Positions 51,717-63,982 of a stretch of 64,000 nt of DNA are shown in pieces (positions within the stretch are counted from its first letter, which is position 1; each line of letters starts with the position of its first letter). The notes under the pieces were generated by a model. That model was not told the origin of the DNA, did no database searches, and saw only the letters and a list, made by a program, of their open reading frames with translations. Position numbers and translations under genes: made by a program. This DNA is from Phoronis australis (lineage: Eukaryota; Animalia; Phoronida), in assembly GCA_002633005.1 (NCBI GenBank), contig NMRA01000113.1, positions 340,441 to 404,440 of the forward strand. Direction: 5' to 3'.

Positions 51717-54700
51717 ATGGAGTCGAAGGAAAAGAAGTTGGACGAGAAGCCAGTTGTGTTAGCAAGGACAGCCACAGATATTCAGCGTATGAAACTCGAG
51801 AAACTGATGAAGAGCCCTGTATGTATGACTGGGACTTTTATTAACAACTGAGCTCGAAAATAAAACTACCTGCCTCTCGGCTTTTACCAAACTGTCCTAG
51901 GTAAACAGGGTAGGCCTGCTAAATAAATGTAAGTTCATTGAGTGAGCACCGAGTGTGTGCTGTACTTGGAATCCTGCTTAATCTCAAGATCGCGTTTGTG
52001 TGAACTTGGAATTGGATATTCATTAAGGCAGTCGGGAGAAATTTGTTCTCTTTGTAAAGAATATGAGCAGTTACCTGCCTCACGATCACCAATGTTTTCC
52101 TTTACCCGGTAAAGGCTTTACCGGAATTGTGTTACAGAATGGGAGGAATCATACTCAGTCATAGGCGGATTTAGGGCCCTCCCCCCCCCTTTGGCTGCCG
52201 CAAGCAAAATGAAACAACAGACAGTGTGGAGTGTGAGGAAATACTGAGTTCAGTAACAAGGACTGGTAGCGGAAGAGGGGGGGACTATACTCAGACCCCA
52301 GATGGTAGCTGGACTCTGTTCCCCGTGTTTTTTTAGTCCAACGACAGACTTTGCTAATACTAATAGAAGGTCCACAAGCACGGCCCTGCAACATACGGGC
52401 CCCCCCCGTGCACATACAGTCGCTTTGCCCTATTCCCCGAGGCAACTTGTTGGGCCCCCCTCATGGTGTCCTAGATCCGCCACTGGGAATACGTGAATGG
52501 TAATTACAATTTTGTTTGGTGAATAAGATCGCCAATAGTTGAAAATAGGTTGGTTAAAATTTATATTGTTGATTAACATGTAATTTGCTTTAGTTCAGTG
52601 CAATTTTTTATCAACATGGATGTGATTATTTGTGTGAACTTTCCAAGTTTTAAGGTATATTCCAAGCATACGTGAACTTAAGATTAAGCAGAATTCCAAG
52701 TTCACGTGCAGCATGTGCACTGAGTTTGAGACAGAGTCTGACTGCACAAACAGGTGACAACACAAAAGTCTGAGGCTCCTATTTGGAACAGTGATTTCTA
52801 ACCAAAACAATCATATGAACAGGTGAAGCACCCTTCGAGAAACCCAAGAAATTGAACAGCCCCGTTCATTGTTATTGACAAAAGTCATAATGGATGACTG
52901 AATCGGGATATCTGAATTGGAGAACTGGCAAACTAAGCGAATGTCCTGAAAACCCAAGATCACCCATGTAGCCTTTTTCGTCTGTTTCAAATTTAGAAGT
53001 GCACTGTGTTTTTGATGATGACCAATGCCCTCTGCCAATCTCACCTACCTAAAGAAGAAGCCGCCGATTAGGATAGCAACATATGTCATAGGCCGCGCAA
53101 CACTGACTATACCGTAGTTCCTATCAGTAATTATCGTGTTTCATGTGCCTGTGGTAACGGCTTGAATTTGGTACAATATACAATATTTTATTTGTTTCAG
53201 GACAGACCAGCTCACATTCCTGACAAGCCTAAAGAATGGGCACCACCACCTCCTCCTGAGTTTGTCAGGAATGCATGGGGTAAGTACCAGTAGCTTTAAA
53301 GGGGAACATTCACTTTACTTTTTTTGAAAGCGTTTTTGGCCAATTTGACATATTTTTATGCACCCACATATATGTATGTGGTCACACATTGCCGTCTTCT
53401 CTGTAACCCTCGGAGTATCTTGATGAAAGTTGACTGAGTTCCTATGGAGATCACGACGGATGGCGATGATTTTTGGATGGATCCAACCACTGCAGTGTCC
53501 CCTAGTGGCAACTTTTCAGTAAACCGTGAAATGTAATTAAAAGTTTTAAAACATAAAACTGATATCATATAATGAAATTGATCCATTCTCAAAACAATTT
53601 CAATCATCAATTTGATTATTAGAGTTGGCTTTTCAGTAACCTGATATTTTTCGTTTTTGCCAAAGATTGTCTTGGGCAATCTGATTTGGTAACTTTCACA
53701 CTTTTTGTGTTTTTGTGGTAGGCAAAGACCATAATAAAAATACAATTTTTTTAAATTCAACAATAAATTGAAACTGTGTCAAAACCCACGAATGTGCATT
53801 TTGTAAACTGAATGTGTGTTAAACAGACCTTTCCTTCAGTATCAAATCACAGGGAATGATCACATGATGCAACGCCCTTGATCTCTGAGTGTACTGTGAA
53901 CAACTTGATGCAGTTATGGTTAATTTCAGGGTCTAGTGCTGGTGCTGGCAGTGGCGAGTTTCATGTTTACAGGGGAGTCAGGCGGAGAGAGTTTGCACGG
54001 CAAAAGTATCTTGACATTAAAACAGAAAAGGTATTTAAGCATTTGTCACGCTCTCGCTGTTTGCACTCTGTGTAAAGGAAATTGAGAGTACAACATGAAA
54101 ATTGTATCTGATTATGTGAGTTTTTCAGGACCATTGCTCCTGCGCATTAAACAAATATCCCAAGATGAAGTAATACTTTATCACCAATCTGATATGTGGT
54201 TTTGTATGGTGTTGAATTCACGTTTATCGGCAGCTAAAGGAAGTAATGTTAAAATTTTCTCTTTGATCTTATTCACACGTAGCTATTTGGCTTGCATCTG
54301 AGCATGTCACGACACTTTGTCACATATTCTTGTAACCCTGTGTCGTTTTATTTTTGCCTGAGGATGAGACAAGAATAGTCTAGAAATATTGCTGTCATTT
54401 TAATTAGTTTTCTTATGTCTCTTGGGCATCTGCTTTATTGTTGCACTGGGAACGACCGTTGAACGTTCATTGAGCTCGAGGAAGTATCATTGAAAATTAT
54501 TAACAAATTTTGTCAACATTGCTATTTACAAAAGACTTATAGTTCATTTTAAGTAATCCCAGATATTAAATGTGTACTTCATGCTTGGTTTGTTTAGATT
54601 AAATCAAAGATATTTGGTTTCAGGAAAAGAAGAATGACGAATATCATAATAAACTGGAAGAAAATAAAAAGTTAGCAGAGGAACGCACAGCTAAAAAAAG

Positions 54701-55337
54701 AGCAAAAAGGCATGAATGTATTTGATGTTAACTTTGGAACTGTTTAAGAATAAGTTCACTTTGGGGCTTACTTGCATTACGAAGTACGTCTTTGTGTCTT
54801 TGCTCTATGTGGAAAGTGGAAGAAACTTGGTGAGACCGTAACTGGCTAGTGTGTTTTTCAAAATTCATACATTCACTTTTTTGTAATTTATTCCAAGTGT
54901 TATCTGAAAGTTATAACTGATTGTTGAACTGATGTCACACTGATATTTTGAATCGGTTGTTTGTGATTATTTTCTGCTAGATGTAGTAAACTGAATTACA
55001 GGAACAGATGAAAAAGAGAAGTTCCAGTCAAAATGTACTTATGGGTAGATTTGACAAAGTATTTCTCATGTTGTTGAAGACGTGATGAAAGTCAGACTAT
55101 GCTTAGCTTGGGCGGTCATATTAGTTGTAATACACACCAGTGTGTGCAAGACTCTGGAAAGCATTAACACTGAATAATTTTTGTAGGTTAAAAAAGAAGC
55201 AAAAAGAGAAAAACAAGAAACAAAAAACTGATGTAAATGAGAGTAAAGTTAGCGAAAGTGAAGAAGAAGAGGACGAAGAGAGTGAAAACAAAGAAGATGA
55301 TGCTGAAGAAAGTAGTTTTGTGATTGGTGGAAAATGA
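51717..55337 (+). CDS. PRKRIP1: PRKR-interacting protein 1 (spliceosome C* factor), ~172 aa
   Basis: Exons 51717-51818, 53201-53279, 53930-54030, 54624-54709 (GC donor), 55187-55337; total 519 nt. Motifs PPPEFVRN and [15 protein letters not shown], with a basic then acidic C-terminus. Confidence 0.93.
52156..52485. mobile_element. GC-rich MITE (CAGTGGCGGATCTAG-type termini) in PRKRIP1 intron 1; related end at ~17913
   Basis: cagt[cata]ggcggatttagg ... cctagatccgccactg with internal gggccc/poly-C motifs. No clear TSD. Confidence 0.6.
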
Positions 55338-56696
55338 AGGCAGCTGTCTGAAGCAAGAAAAGTGGTGATAAGAAAGTAAAGGTTTCACAGAAGTAAAGGA
55401 GAGCACTCAAAATGTATTCTTGCTTTTGGTATCAAAGGAAGTTGCACTGAAAAGCAATTGAAGACTAGTAGTTCTGAATTACTGTGTTGTCAAAAGTGCT
55501 GCAAATGGCTTTTATGTCCTCAAAAACACCTTCGAGGACGATGCAAATATGTCAAACCAGAAAAGAATATTTATTGACTGGTCACCTCTTATATACTCAG
55601 GTAACTGTTGTGGGTTGATCACTCTTGTGGACTGGTCATTCTTATGGACAGGTCACTCATATGGACTGGCTGCTCTTTTGGTTGCTTTTATGAATGATCA
55701 GAACTAATACTTGTTTTACAGAAATTTTTGATATAAGTTGTGTCTGTGAAAATTGAACCGTAATGGAAGTAAACACGTTTTATGAGTTTTAGTTGAAGTA
55801 TTTAGGCTTGAACAGTTATTAACTAATTTGGACTTGAAAACATTTAAAGTCTTGTCGGCATGCCATCTGTTGGCCACATCACGTGACCTAATGGACTTGT
55901 ATCATTCTGTTAGTATAATGTCTGAAGGAACGTCACCAGTAAACGATGCTAGCCTAAATGGTGGGACCTAGTTTGTGTAGATAGACATGAACATTGGTAG
56001 GACTGAGTTTGTAGAGCAACGTGAACATTCTGAAGTCATTACCGTAGTCATGGTTGATCTTTGGAAAGATTTCTGTTCTACCTTTGAAGAAACCCATCTT
56101 GGCATTGTTTAATAGTTGGCGTGATGGCTTTCTTGTCTACCTCATTCCACTTTTCATCATTTTATATTGAACTTCAACGTGAGATGAATATGGAAATATC
56201 AGCTTAGGATATTTTGTTGATCTTCAGCGGAGTTAAACACTTTTTGTTTTTGGAATTTATTTTCCATGGATGTATTAAAAATGGTAGTCAGTACACCGTC
56301 AATGAACAAATAACATTTAACCCTGTTACTGACTTCCATTCCTCCTTAACTTCAAACAGTAGTAATTGTGGCGAGTTGTCATAAAATTTTATGATGTTCC
56401 TTTTTGTTACCAAGAAATCACTTTTATATGCTCATTGCAGTTGTTAGGTTTTGTGTATTGATCTTTTTGTCTAGTTGGTGAGCATGTAAAATGAGTCAAA
56501 CAATAAATTGTTTGTACAGCATGAGCTAGATAATGGTGCAGAAAAACCAGACAAGTGTTTCTGTGCTACATGACTGGTTGAATCGGAAAATAATTCCCCC
56601 TCCCCGTGTACCCCTGGGAGATCAACTTGTAAATTGCATTCTGATGAAGGCAATTACATGGAATAACGAAAATTGATGTTAAACTGAGAAAACCTG

Positions 56697-56977
56697 GCAC
56701 TGACAACAACACTGTCTGTTCTATGCTTTAGTAGTGGGTAACATTTTGACCTTGCACTGACAACAACGCTGTCTGTTCTATGCTTTAGTAGTGGGTAACA
56801 TTTTGACCTTGCACTGACAACAACACTGTCTGTTCTATGCTTTAGTAGTGGGTAACATTTTGACCTTGCACTGACAACAACACTGTCTGTTCTATGCTTT
56901 AGTAGTGAGTAACATTTTGACCTTGCACTGACAACAACACTGTCTGTTCTATGCTTTAGTAGTGAGTAACATTTTGA
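56697..56977. repeat. 57-bp minisatellite x5, nearly identical copies
   Basis: Unit gcactgacaacaacactgtctgttctatgctttagtagtgggtaacattttgacctt. It explains the 19-aa periodic ORF at 56654-57016. Confidence 0.95.
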
Positions 56978-58095
56978 AGTAAACACTTCTTCATACACAC
57001 TGTAAAATGAACACATTCCATACTGAACTAGGCATGGTGTAATGTTTTTGCCATGCGTTCAATGGTCACTGTGTCACAAACAGCCCACAGCTTACATATG
57101 ATATGACTCATAAGACTGCAATTAATAAAAATTTATTACTTGCCTAAATGAACACATGGCAACATTTGGTCATTTTCAGAGAACCCTTATTGAGTTGTTT
57201 GTTCCAGAACATTTTTGTAGCAGATTTCCAAACATTCTAATGGCGCTTTTTACGAGTTTTCGCAAACTGTAAGTTCGTGCTGAAAATAAAATGGGAGATG
57301 TCCATCATTAAAGCGCCTATACAAACTTGTACTGTGAGAGGAACTGAATTTGTATTTGGACCATTTACGGCTATAAAATTGGTCTCGAGTTGTACTTACT
57401 CAAATGAGAAATGATTTTGACTATTATTGACTAGAGACCATGCTTGGTGAATAAAATGAAACACTGTGACAAGTCAGCTTGTAGAGCTAGGTCGCGAGAA
57501 ATTAACAACTGTCGTTTTACCAAAGGTCAAAAATCTCATCCGTTTTGATTGAGGAAGAATTTGAGACCAACAGAAACTGGTCTAAATCAAAAACTGTTTT
57601 ATGACGTAAGGCAGATTTGTAGTCAAGCGGAACAGTCGCGCCATAACGGGACGGTTAGTTAGCAAGTGGGATTTCTGCATACTTAGTTCATGACCTTCCA
57701 ACTGAGTGCCACTTCTTTGCTGAATTTGTGAATTGAAAGGAATGTATATTGTTGAATTCTTGATAGCACTGTTTTTGGAGAACTGTAAGCCTGCCAATAA
57801 ACATGCGCATAGGGTACTTTCAGTCTGCCGTGAGTCGATGTAAGTCCACCCGCAATCCTCCCGTTGGGAACATGGTATAAGCCACAAAATTATTTTGCAT
57901 GAAAAACACAGAAATAAACGCTTTTCCTACAAATCATGGAAAGAATGCTGCATTTTAACATGTTTTTGTTCATCATTTCTAAACTGCCGATTGAAGGTAT
58001 GATAAAAAGTTCGTGGATCATCCAAGAAAATAGGTTGTGAATCAGAAAATGTAAAGGCGTAGCATATGTAATTAGGGGTACGATGGACACTTCAC

Positions 58096-59009
58096 CTTAT
58101 CGGCCACACACTCCATCTTATACATTGCGAGTCTGTGTACCAGTCAATATTGACTTGTGATGCTCATCATACCTCAAGACAGTGCATGTTTACATTATTA
58201 CGACATACGTACCTCACTTCGCGATGTGATGTCATCTGCGCAATCGAGGTGCTCATGTCGGTCCCCTGCAGTGGCCGTCACTTCTTGAATTTGCCTTTGT
58301 GCCAGCTGTACATCTTTGTTCATCTTGTGAGCGACTTGATAGAGCTAGAACCACAACATGGTACAATTAGAATAAAGTGGAAATCACCTACGTCACAAGT
58401 TAGTAATCTGCTTTACACGTAGTTTACAACATGCATCACCTCGATGAATTTTCAACAATTAAGCCCCTGTTGCGCTTGAGAACGATTTCCATTACGAATA
58501 TCTTCGTATAAGGACCGGAGCGCCAGTAGCAGTTGCATATGTACGCCACTGAAAACAATTTACAGTTACGGTCAGTATAAACAGCTACTTTCCGCGGTCT
58601 CATTTGCATGTTGTCATTTTGAGACACCTTTTTCCAATATGACGTCTTACTGGCCAATTTCTTAGTCCATGCATTTTGGAAGACAAGTTTAAGCCGAATA
58701 AGTAAAGACAGTGGGTTAAAATACGCCAGTCTTTAATTAAACTTATTTTGAAATGGAAAGAACCTGGATTTCACACAGATCTCCTTAAAAACCAAAATTC
58801 ATTCTTCTGTCACTGGAAATCGGAACATACAGAGCTTACGTTTTGAAACTCTTTCTTCACGAGACCAGAACGTGCAGTTATACAGTCACTCTGTTCTTGA
58901 GTAAGTGTGAGGCTCTGGTGTAGGTAGTCGACAAGATCGTCAATGTGGCACACGGGGTCGTTAGACGCAGCGTTAACAGTTGTCTGCTGCTCGCCTGTAG
59001 TTTTATTGC
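58096..59009 (-). pseudogene. Decayed death-fold (CARD-like and death-domain-like) exons
   Basis: Exon-like 59009-58840 encodes IDDLVDYLHQSLTLTQEQSDCITA, a gapless fit to CARD helices 2-3. Shifted frames give SREERVSK and, further on, DVILEKG. Exon-like 58344-58213 reads LYQVAHKMNKDVQLAQ. Confidence 0.4.
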
Positions 59010-61744
59010 CTGAAATTTTTTTGTGGTAGAACTAGAGTTTTACTGTGCTAGGCACGAAAAGCGGAACTGTCAATCATAACAAACTTTGGGTTAGGCTTTT
59101 TTAATACTTGGGGGAAAAGAGACATTTGCTTTTAATTCACTTTCTAAATAAGTTATAACAATGTTATTTAGCCATACAAATTGAGTCACAAAAGTTCCGA
59201 TGACCAGCAAAGAAAACACCCCCCAAACAAGTTAAGCAGGCACCCAATCACTACTACCGCACTGCATTCATTTGTACTGAGGCGCTTTCTTACACAAAAC
59301 TGCTAGGTGAAGTTTAAAGAAAATCAAGACGACTATTTATGAATTGCACAAAGACAATATTTCCGATGGTTTTATGAAAGTAAATTGGTGGGATTTTTAA
59401 TTACCGTGTATAGTGTACAAAAAAGTACCCAAAGCACATGTACGTAAAAAATATCTACCACTAATTAGTGGAGTGAAAGTTTAATTAATAAACTGTAACA
59501 GGCTTTCATAAGAATGAAATAGAATTCATGACAACATTCTGAAAAATTCTTGGTGAGGGCCTCCAAATGTCTCTGTGGGATGCCCATGCTCTTCGGATAT
59601 CCCGTCAAGTGACTGTACGCATGTTTTCGCTTGAAATTCCGCAACGAACGACTCGGTGTTATTTTCTGCGACGATAAATTGATTTACATGTTTGTGTATG
59701 CACAATAATCGACTGATTTATAGATGATGTTTTGTCAATAAAAAGACACTCCTTTAAAACTTGATGAAACTCGAAAACATTTCTATCATCCAACTTGAAA
59801 CAGCAAAGTATAGTAGATAATTTATGAAATCCTGAGATCTGGCAGCGGTGAATTTTGGCCTAGAGAAGTAAAATTCACTCAAATTTTTATATGATCTGCC
59901 CCACCCCACCCCGAGGGGAAGGCGCACCCACCAAAATCACACTTGGGTATCCGCGTTTCAACAAGGAATTTTGAAATAGTTTCTAAGGCAGTGTACCGGG
60001 GAACACCAGAACTACACCCTTTCAAACATAAGTGTACCTCAAAACATGACCCTATAGCTAATAAATTTTTCCAAAACTAGGCACTAATAAAGTAAATCTT
60101 GACGTAAGGCCTCATTTTCACTCTCCGAAATAGAGAAAACTATAACCGGAGTTTTGAGAAGATGTTCTGTCCGCTCAGTTCCAAGGTGATGCTATTCATC
60201 CCGTATTTCTCCGGATTTCATAGATTCCTAGGACCGCGGTAAGAATTCCGTTACTTATATAGCCTGTGATGTTGACAGTACATCTTTTTAGCAACCGTGA
60301 ATTTCATTAAATACTCCGACCTCTTGAATGCACTCGTGTAAAGTGTTCAGGCCTAATAAATGATGTTCCCCCTCTAATATTTGCGGGGCCTTTGCCTACG
60401 ACCGTCGTGGCTTACGACCGTTCTTGGGAAAATGCTAGGAAAACGGACCCGTTTTGCCAACCCAAATTAAACTGCAGAATGAAAGTCGCAGCAGACTACA
60501 AATAAAAATGATTTTGGACAAATTGATGTTGTATCCATTGCCACTGAAATGAGTACGTCGGCCCAATAGCGGTCGGGCGTAGAACGTTGCTGGTAAACGT
60601 AGATTGCAAACATGTGTGGGTATCAGAGTTGTCAATGACATGCAATTACTAATGTTTGCCATGGTTTACAAATCAGCGCAAGCGATTTAAGAGTTGGTTT
60701 GTTCATTTGCGGCACTGCAATGGATTTGTGAGAAGGGGAGGTACTCACATAGAACTTACGAAAGGGTGCCTTTTAGTACCGATCAGTTCCCTACTGAATG
60801 GTTCACTTTAGTAGGAACCTGAAACTTGACAAAAAACGGTTTTTTTCGACTTCTAAGTCTGTATATTTTTAATGAGGTACCTTGCTTTCAGGTTGCAAAA
60901 GAAGTATTAATTTTCAACAGCATTGTGCCCTCTTCTTATTTTGAGCTCAAAAGTGTTCATTTACGTTTATGGAGTTTTTCTTTACAAAATGGAGTACGTC
61001 TGGTGTAAGCTCTACAAACTAACAGATGGTTGCCCTTTCCAATTTCATTCTCTAAACGAGTTAGTATCCTAGTTCTCAAGCTGCATCCCCTCGGTTATCT
61101 GTTGCAAACCGGTTACCCATTTTGTACCACCCGGAGTTTTCCAAAATTATGGATTTGTTCGTAACAAATACAACTTACAACTGTGCAATTCACCAGTGGC
61201 AAAATGGCGGCAGTGGGCATACCATCTACGGAGTAGGTAAGAAACTAAAACTGTGATGAGTTTTTCTTGTACACTACTGCGTACGTGAGTTAGATCTTTA
61301 CCCACATGACCGTAGTGTACTATGAATAACACATTTTTCCAACATATCTTTGAAAATGTGTACAGACGATGCTTTTGGTTTGAAAGTGATCAGTCAAAGT
61401 TGCACATGTCGTACTCAAGTCATGTGAAGGAATGCGTCTGATACGATGCGGATAAGCGTTGGTATGATAATCAGAACCATGTAAGCCGATTTCTGACAAC
61501 CATGGGAGTGGGAGTTCGGAAAATCGGTGACGACGGGTTGTGCAGAAAATTAGGAACGTGTGGAAAAAGTTTTGATAATGACCGCAGAAGGTTCTCGATA
61601 GAAAGCCACGGAGGATTGATCAGACTGCAAAAAAGAATATTTGACCTTCAGTTTGAGCCTACGGCCTTCCATGTCATTAATTATGTCCTTGACAAGTATA
61701 AACAATTGTTTTCAAGTTATTATTGTGCCTGGCATTTCGGATCT

Positions 61745-63982
61745 TTAATTTGAAATGCTGTCGTAAATAATACAAAATTCTGTAAACTTACTATCTGGAT
61801 AGTTGCAGGCTTGTTGTCCTGGAAGCGTCTCTTTGTTGCCACCGTAAACCAACATTTCTTCGCTATCTTTGGCGTCCTGTATGCAGGTATTGTAAAGGTA
61901 GTAAGAAGCAGTGTTATTTCGCTGTTGCTCAGTCGTCTTGCACGAGAGTTGAGCATTTGCAATAATCTTGGCTATTTTTTTCTCCGTAAAGCTTAGTTTT
62001 ATCTCGGCTTTGCTAAGCTTTTCCTGTAATTCCATTATTGTGTGGTTTCGTTGCTGAAGCAGTTGTGTGGTTAACTGAGAATTCGAAGAGTGAAGATAAC
62101 ATTCATCTTTGCTATGTTTTTCCAACGTTCGTGTAGCGTTCTGTTGCAACAAAGTGGTCTCACTCAATGACTGACACTGGTTTTCCAAGCGCTCGTTTTC
62201 CAACTGCAGTGCTTCAATTCGTTCAGATAGTTCAACAACTTTTTCATTAGCGTTTTCCAGTGACTGTGTTTGACTTTGAAGCTCTCGTTCAAGGTTAGAT
62301 GATCTGTCTGCCAGAGTCTGACGCATGTCTAATGATTCAACCACGTGCCTGTTTTCCGCCGCTTTTAGTTCATTTTCAAGCTCGTGAACTTTCTTATTAC
62401 GCTTTTGAATAAATGTTTTAAGAACTTCATTGTCTGCAGACATTGTATCAATCGTACATTGCAAACGGGAAACCTTTGTTTCAGAACTTTGAAGTTGTGT
62501 TCGAATTACTGTTTCATGGCTCCGCGCTTCAGCTAGTTGACTCTGCAAGCTGTCAACTGTCCTGTTAAGGACTTCGTTTAGCTTTTCTTTCTCAGAAAGT
62601 GCCACCTTTATGTCATCAAACTCTTTACACTCAAGGTGCTTTACGCGTTCGTCTAGATTGGACCTCTGTGTACGAAAAGTGGTATACAATTTCTTTAGAA
62701 TCACAAGTTCTTTATCCAGTTCACCTAGTTTTGTACGTGTTTCTTGTAAGTCTTCGTCTTTCATCTTCAGCTGTTGATGGAGTACCAACTCACGGGATTC
62801 TCGCTGAGAAATAAGTTTCAATTGTGATTCTAATAAATCGGCTTTCGCCCGCAGATCGCTTACAATACTCAATCTCTTTCTTGCATTTGTCTCACCAAAT
62901 TTTAAATAATTAGTTAAAGTGTGAAGAAGAGTTTGTGAGTTAATCTCTATCTCCGACACATGCCCACTCAACCTAGATATGTCTTGTTTAACGTCACACA
63001 GATTATTATTTTCAACTTGATCTTCAAGAGCATTTATTTTTTCTTTAAACAATCCGATCGCGTCGTTCTTCAAACTGATATCAGTTCGTAATTTACCTTC
63101 AGTAGACTCACTGTTCCCTTTCTCTTCACTGCTTTTGGCATGCTGAAGATCATGTATTTGACGTAGGTAAGTACTTCGTTCCTCCTCGTAGCTTTTTTGT
63201 TTCTCCCAATATAACGAACGCAGCTCTTCAATGGCTGAGAATTGTTTCAGCAAAGCAGTGGCACTTTCCCTTAATTCCTCGAACGCCTCCTTACCTAAAG
63301 TCATTTCTCTAAGGTTAACTTCTTTTGCCACCAGTCTCTCCTGGAGCTCGTTGATCTGCTGGTCTTTTCTTTTTATGTCCATTTCAAGAGAACTGTGCAC
63401 AGCTTCAAAGTTGATGGTATTATCAGGATACTCGGACAAATTGTTCACATTTCGATTATGCGGCTGCTGTTCACTCAGTTTTCTGCCAAGACTATCATCC
63501 GCTTCTCTGATTTGTTGAGCATCCGACGATGTCGTTGCCGAAAAGTTGGTCACACTGTCCCTCTGATCTGGCTGAATTGGTTGGGCATGATCATGGCTAT
63601 AGTGCTTAACGCTTCCTTCTCCATCTATGTCATGACAATGAATTTTCATCAGACTTCGCTGAGTTTGACCAAGCTCTTGTCTGAGTTGTGAGTTTTGTTT
63701 GGCAACGATTTCCAATTCTCTCTCTTTCTCTCTAACGGTTTGTCTCATCAGTCCCATAAATGCGTTTTTTTCAAAGCGCATTGATGTGAGTTGTCGTTGT
63801 AAACTACGTATTCTATCATCCTTCAACTCTGTTCTCGACTGTAAAGTCACTTCGATCTCACTTCGAAGTTCTTCAGGGCTTACAATACCATCAGTGACAT
63901 CTGCCGGTCCTTCAAAAGAACTCTGAGAACTCTGAGAAACACGCATATGTAGTTTTTGTTGAAGCACGTAAACTTGTGACAT
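61745..63982 (-). CDS. Large exon encoding a long coiled-coil protein, probably partial (gene extends beyond the window)
   Basis: 745-codon uninterrupted ORF rich in L/E/K/Q with heptad-like periodicity. The frame stays open to the window edge. Possible acceptor at 63992-63991 and GTAAGT donor at 61791. Family not recognised. Confidence 0.7.
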   Translation of the reverse strand: MSQVYVLQQKLHMRVSQSSQSSFEGPADVTDGIVSPEELRSEIEVTLQSRTELKDDRIRSLQRQLTSMRFEKNAFMGLMRQTVREKERELEIVAKQNSQLRQELGQTQRSLMKIHCHDIDGEGSVKHYSHDHAQPIQPDQRDSVTNFSATTSSDAQQIREADDSLGRKLSEQQPHNRNVNNLSEYPDNTINFEAVHSSLEMDIKRKDQQINELQERLVAKEVNLREMTLGKEAFEELRESATALLKQFSAIEELRSLYWEKQKSYEEERSTYLRQIHDLQHAKSSEEKGNSESTEGKLRTDISLKNDAIGLFKEKINALEDQVENNNLCDVKQDISRLSGHVSEIEINSQTLLHTLTNYLKFGETNARKRLSIVSDLRAKADLLESQLKLISQRESRELVLHQQLKMKDEDLQETRTKLGELDKELVILKKLYTTFRTQRSNLDERVKHLECKEFDDIKVALSEKEKLNEVLNRTVDSLQSQLAEARSHETVIRTQLQSSETKVSRLQCTIDTMSADNEVLKTFIQKRNKKVHELENELKAAENRHVVESLDMRQTLADRSSNLERELQSQTQSLENANEKVVELSERIEALQLENERLENQCQSLSETTLLQQNATRTLEKHSKDECYLHSSNSQLTTQLLQQRNHTIMELQEKLSKAEIKLSFTEKKIAKIIANAQLSCKTTEQQRNNTASYYLYNTCIQDAKDSEEMLVYGGNKETLPGQQACNYPDSKFTEFCIIYDSISN

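Noticed and set aside
56654-57016. 120-aa repetitive ORF and CRISPR-like periodicity
   Set aside because: Head-to-tail 57-bp repeat with no unique spacers, in a eukaryotic context with no cas genes.
61177-61624. Next coding exon of the coiled-coil gene
   Set aside because: It has a good acceptor, but the phase-compatible frame hits TGA at once and the other frames also close. At most it is a terminal, UTR or decayed exon.
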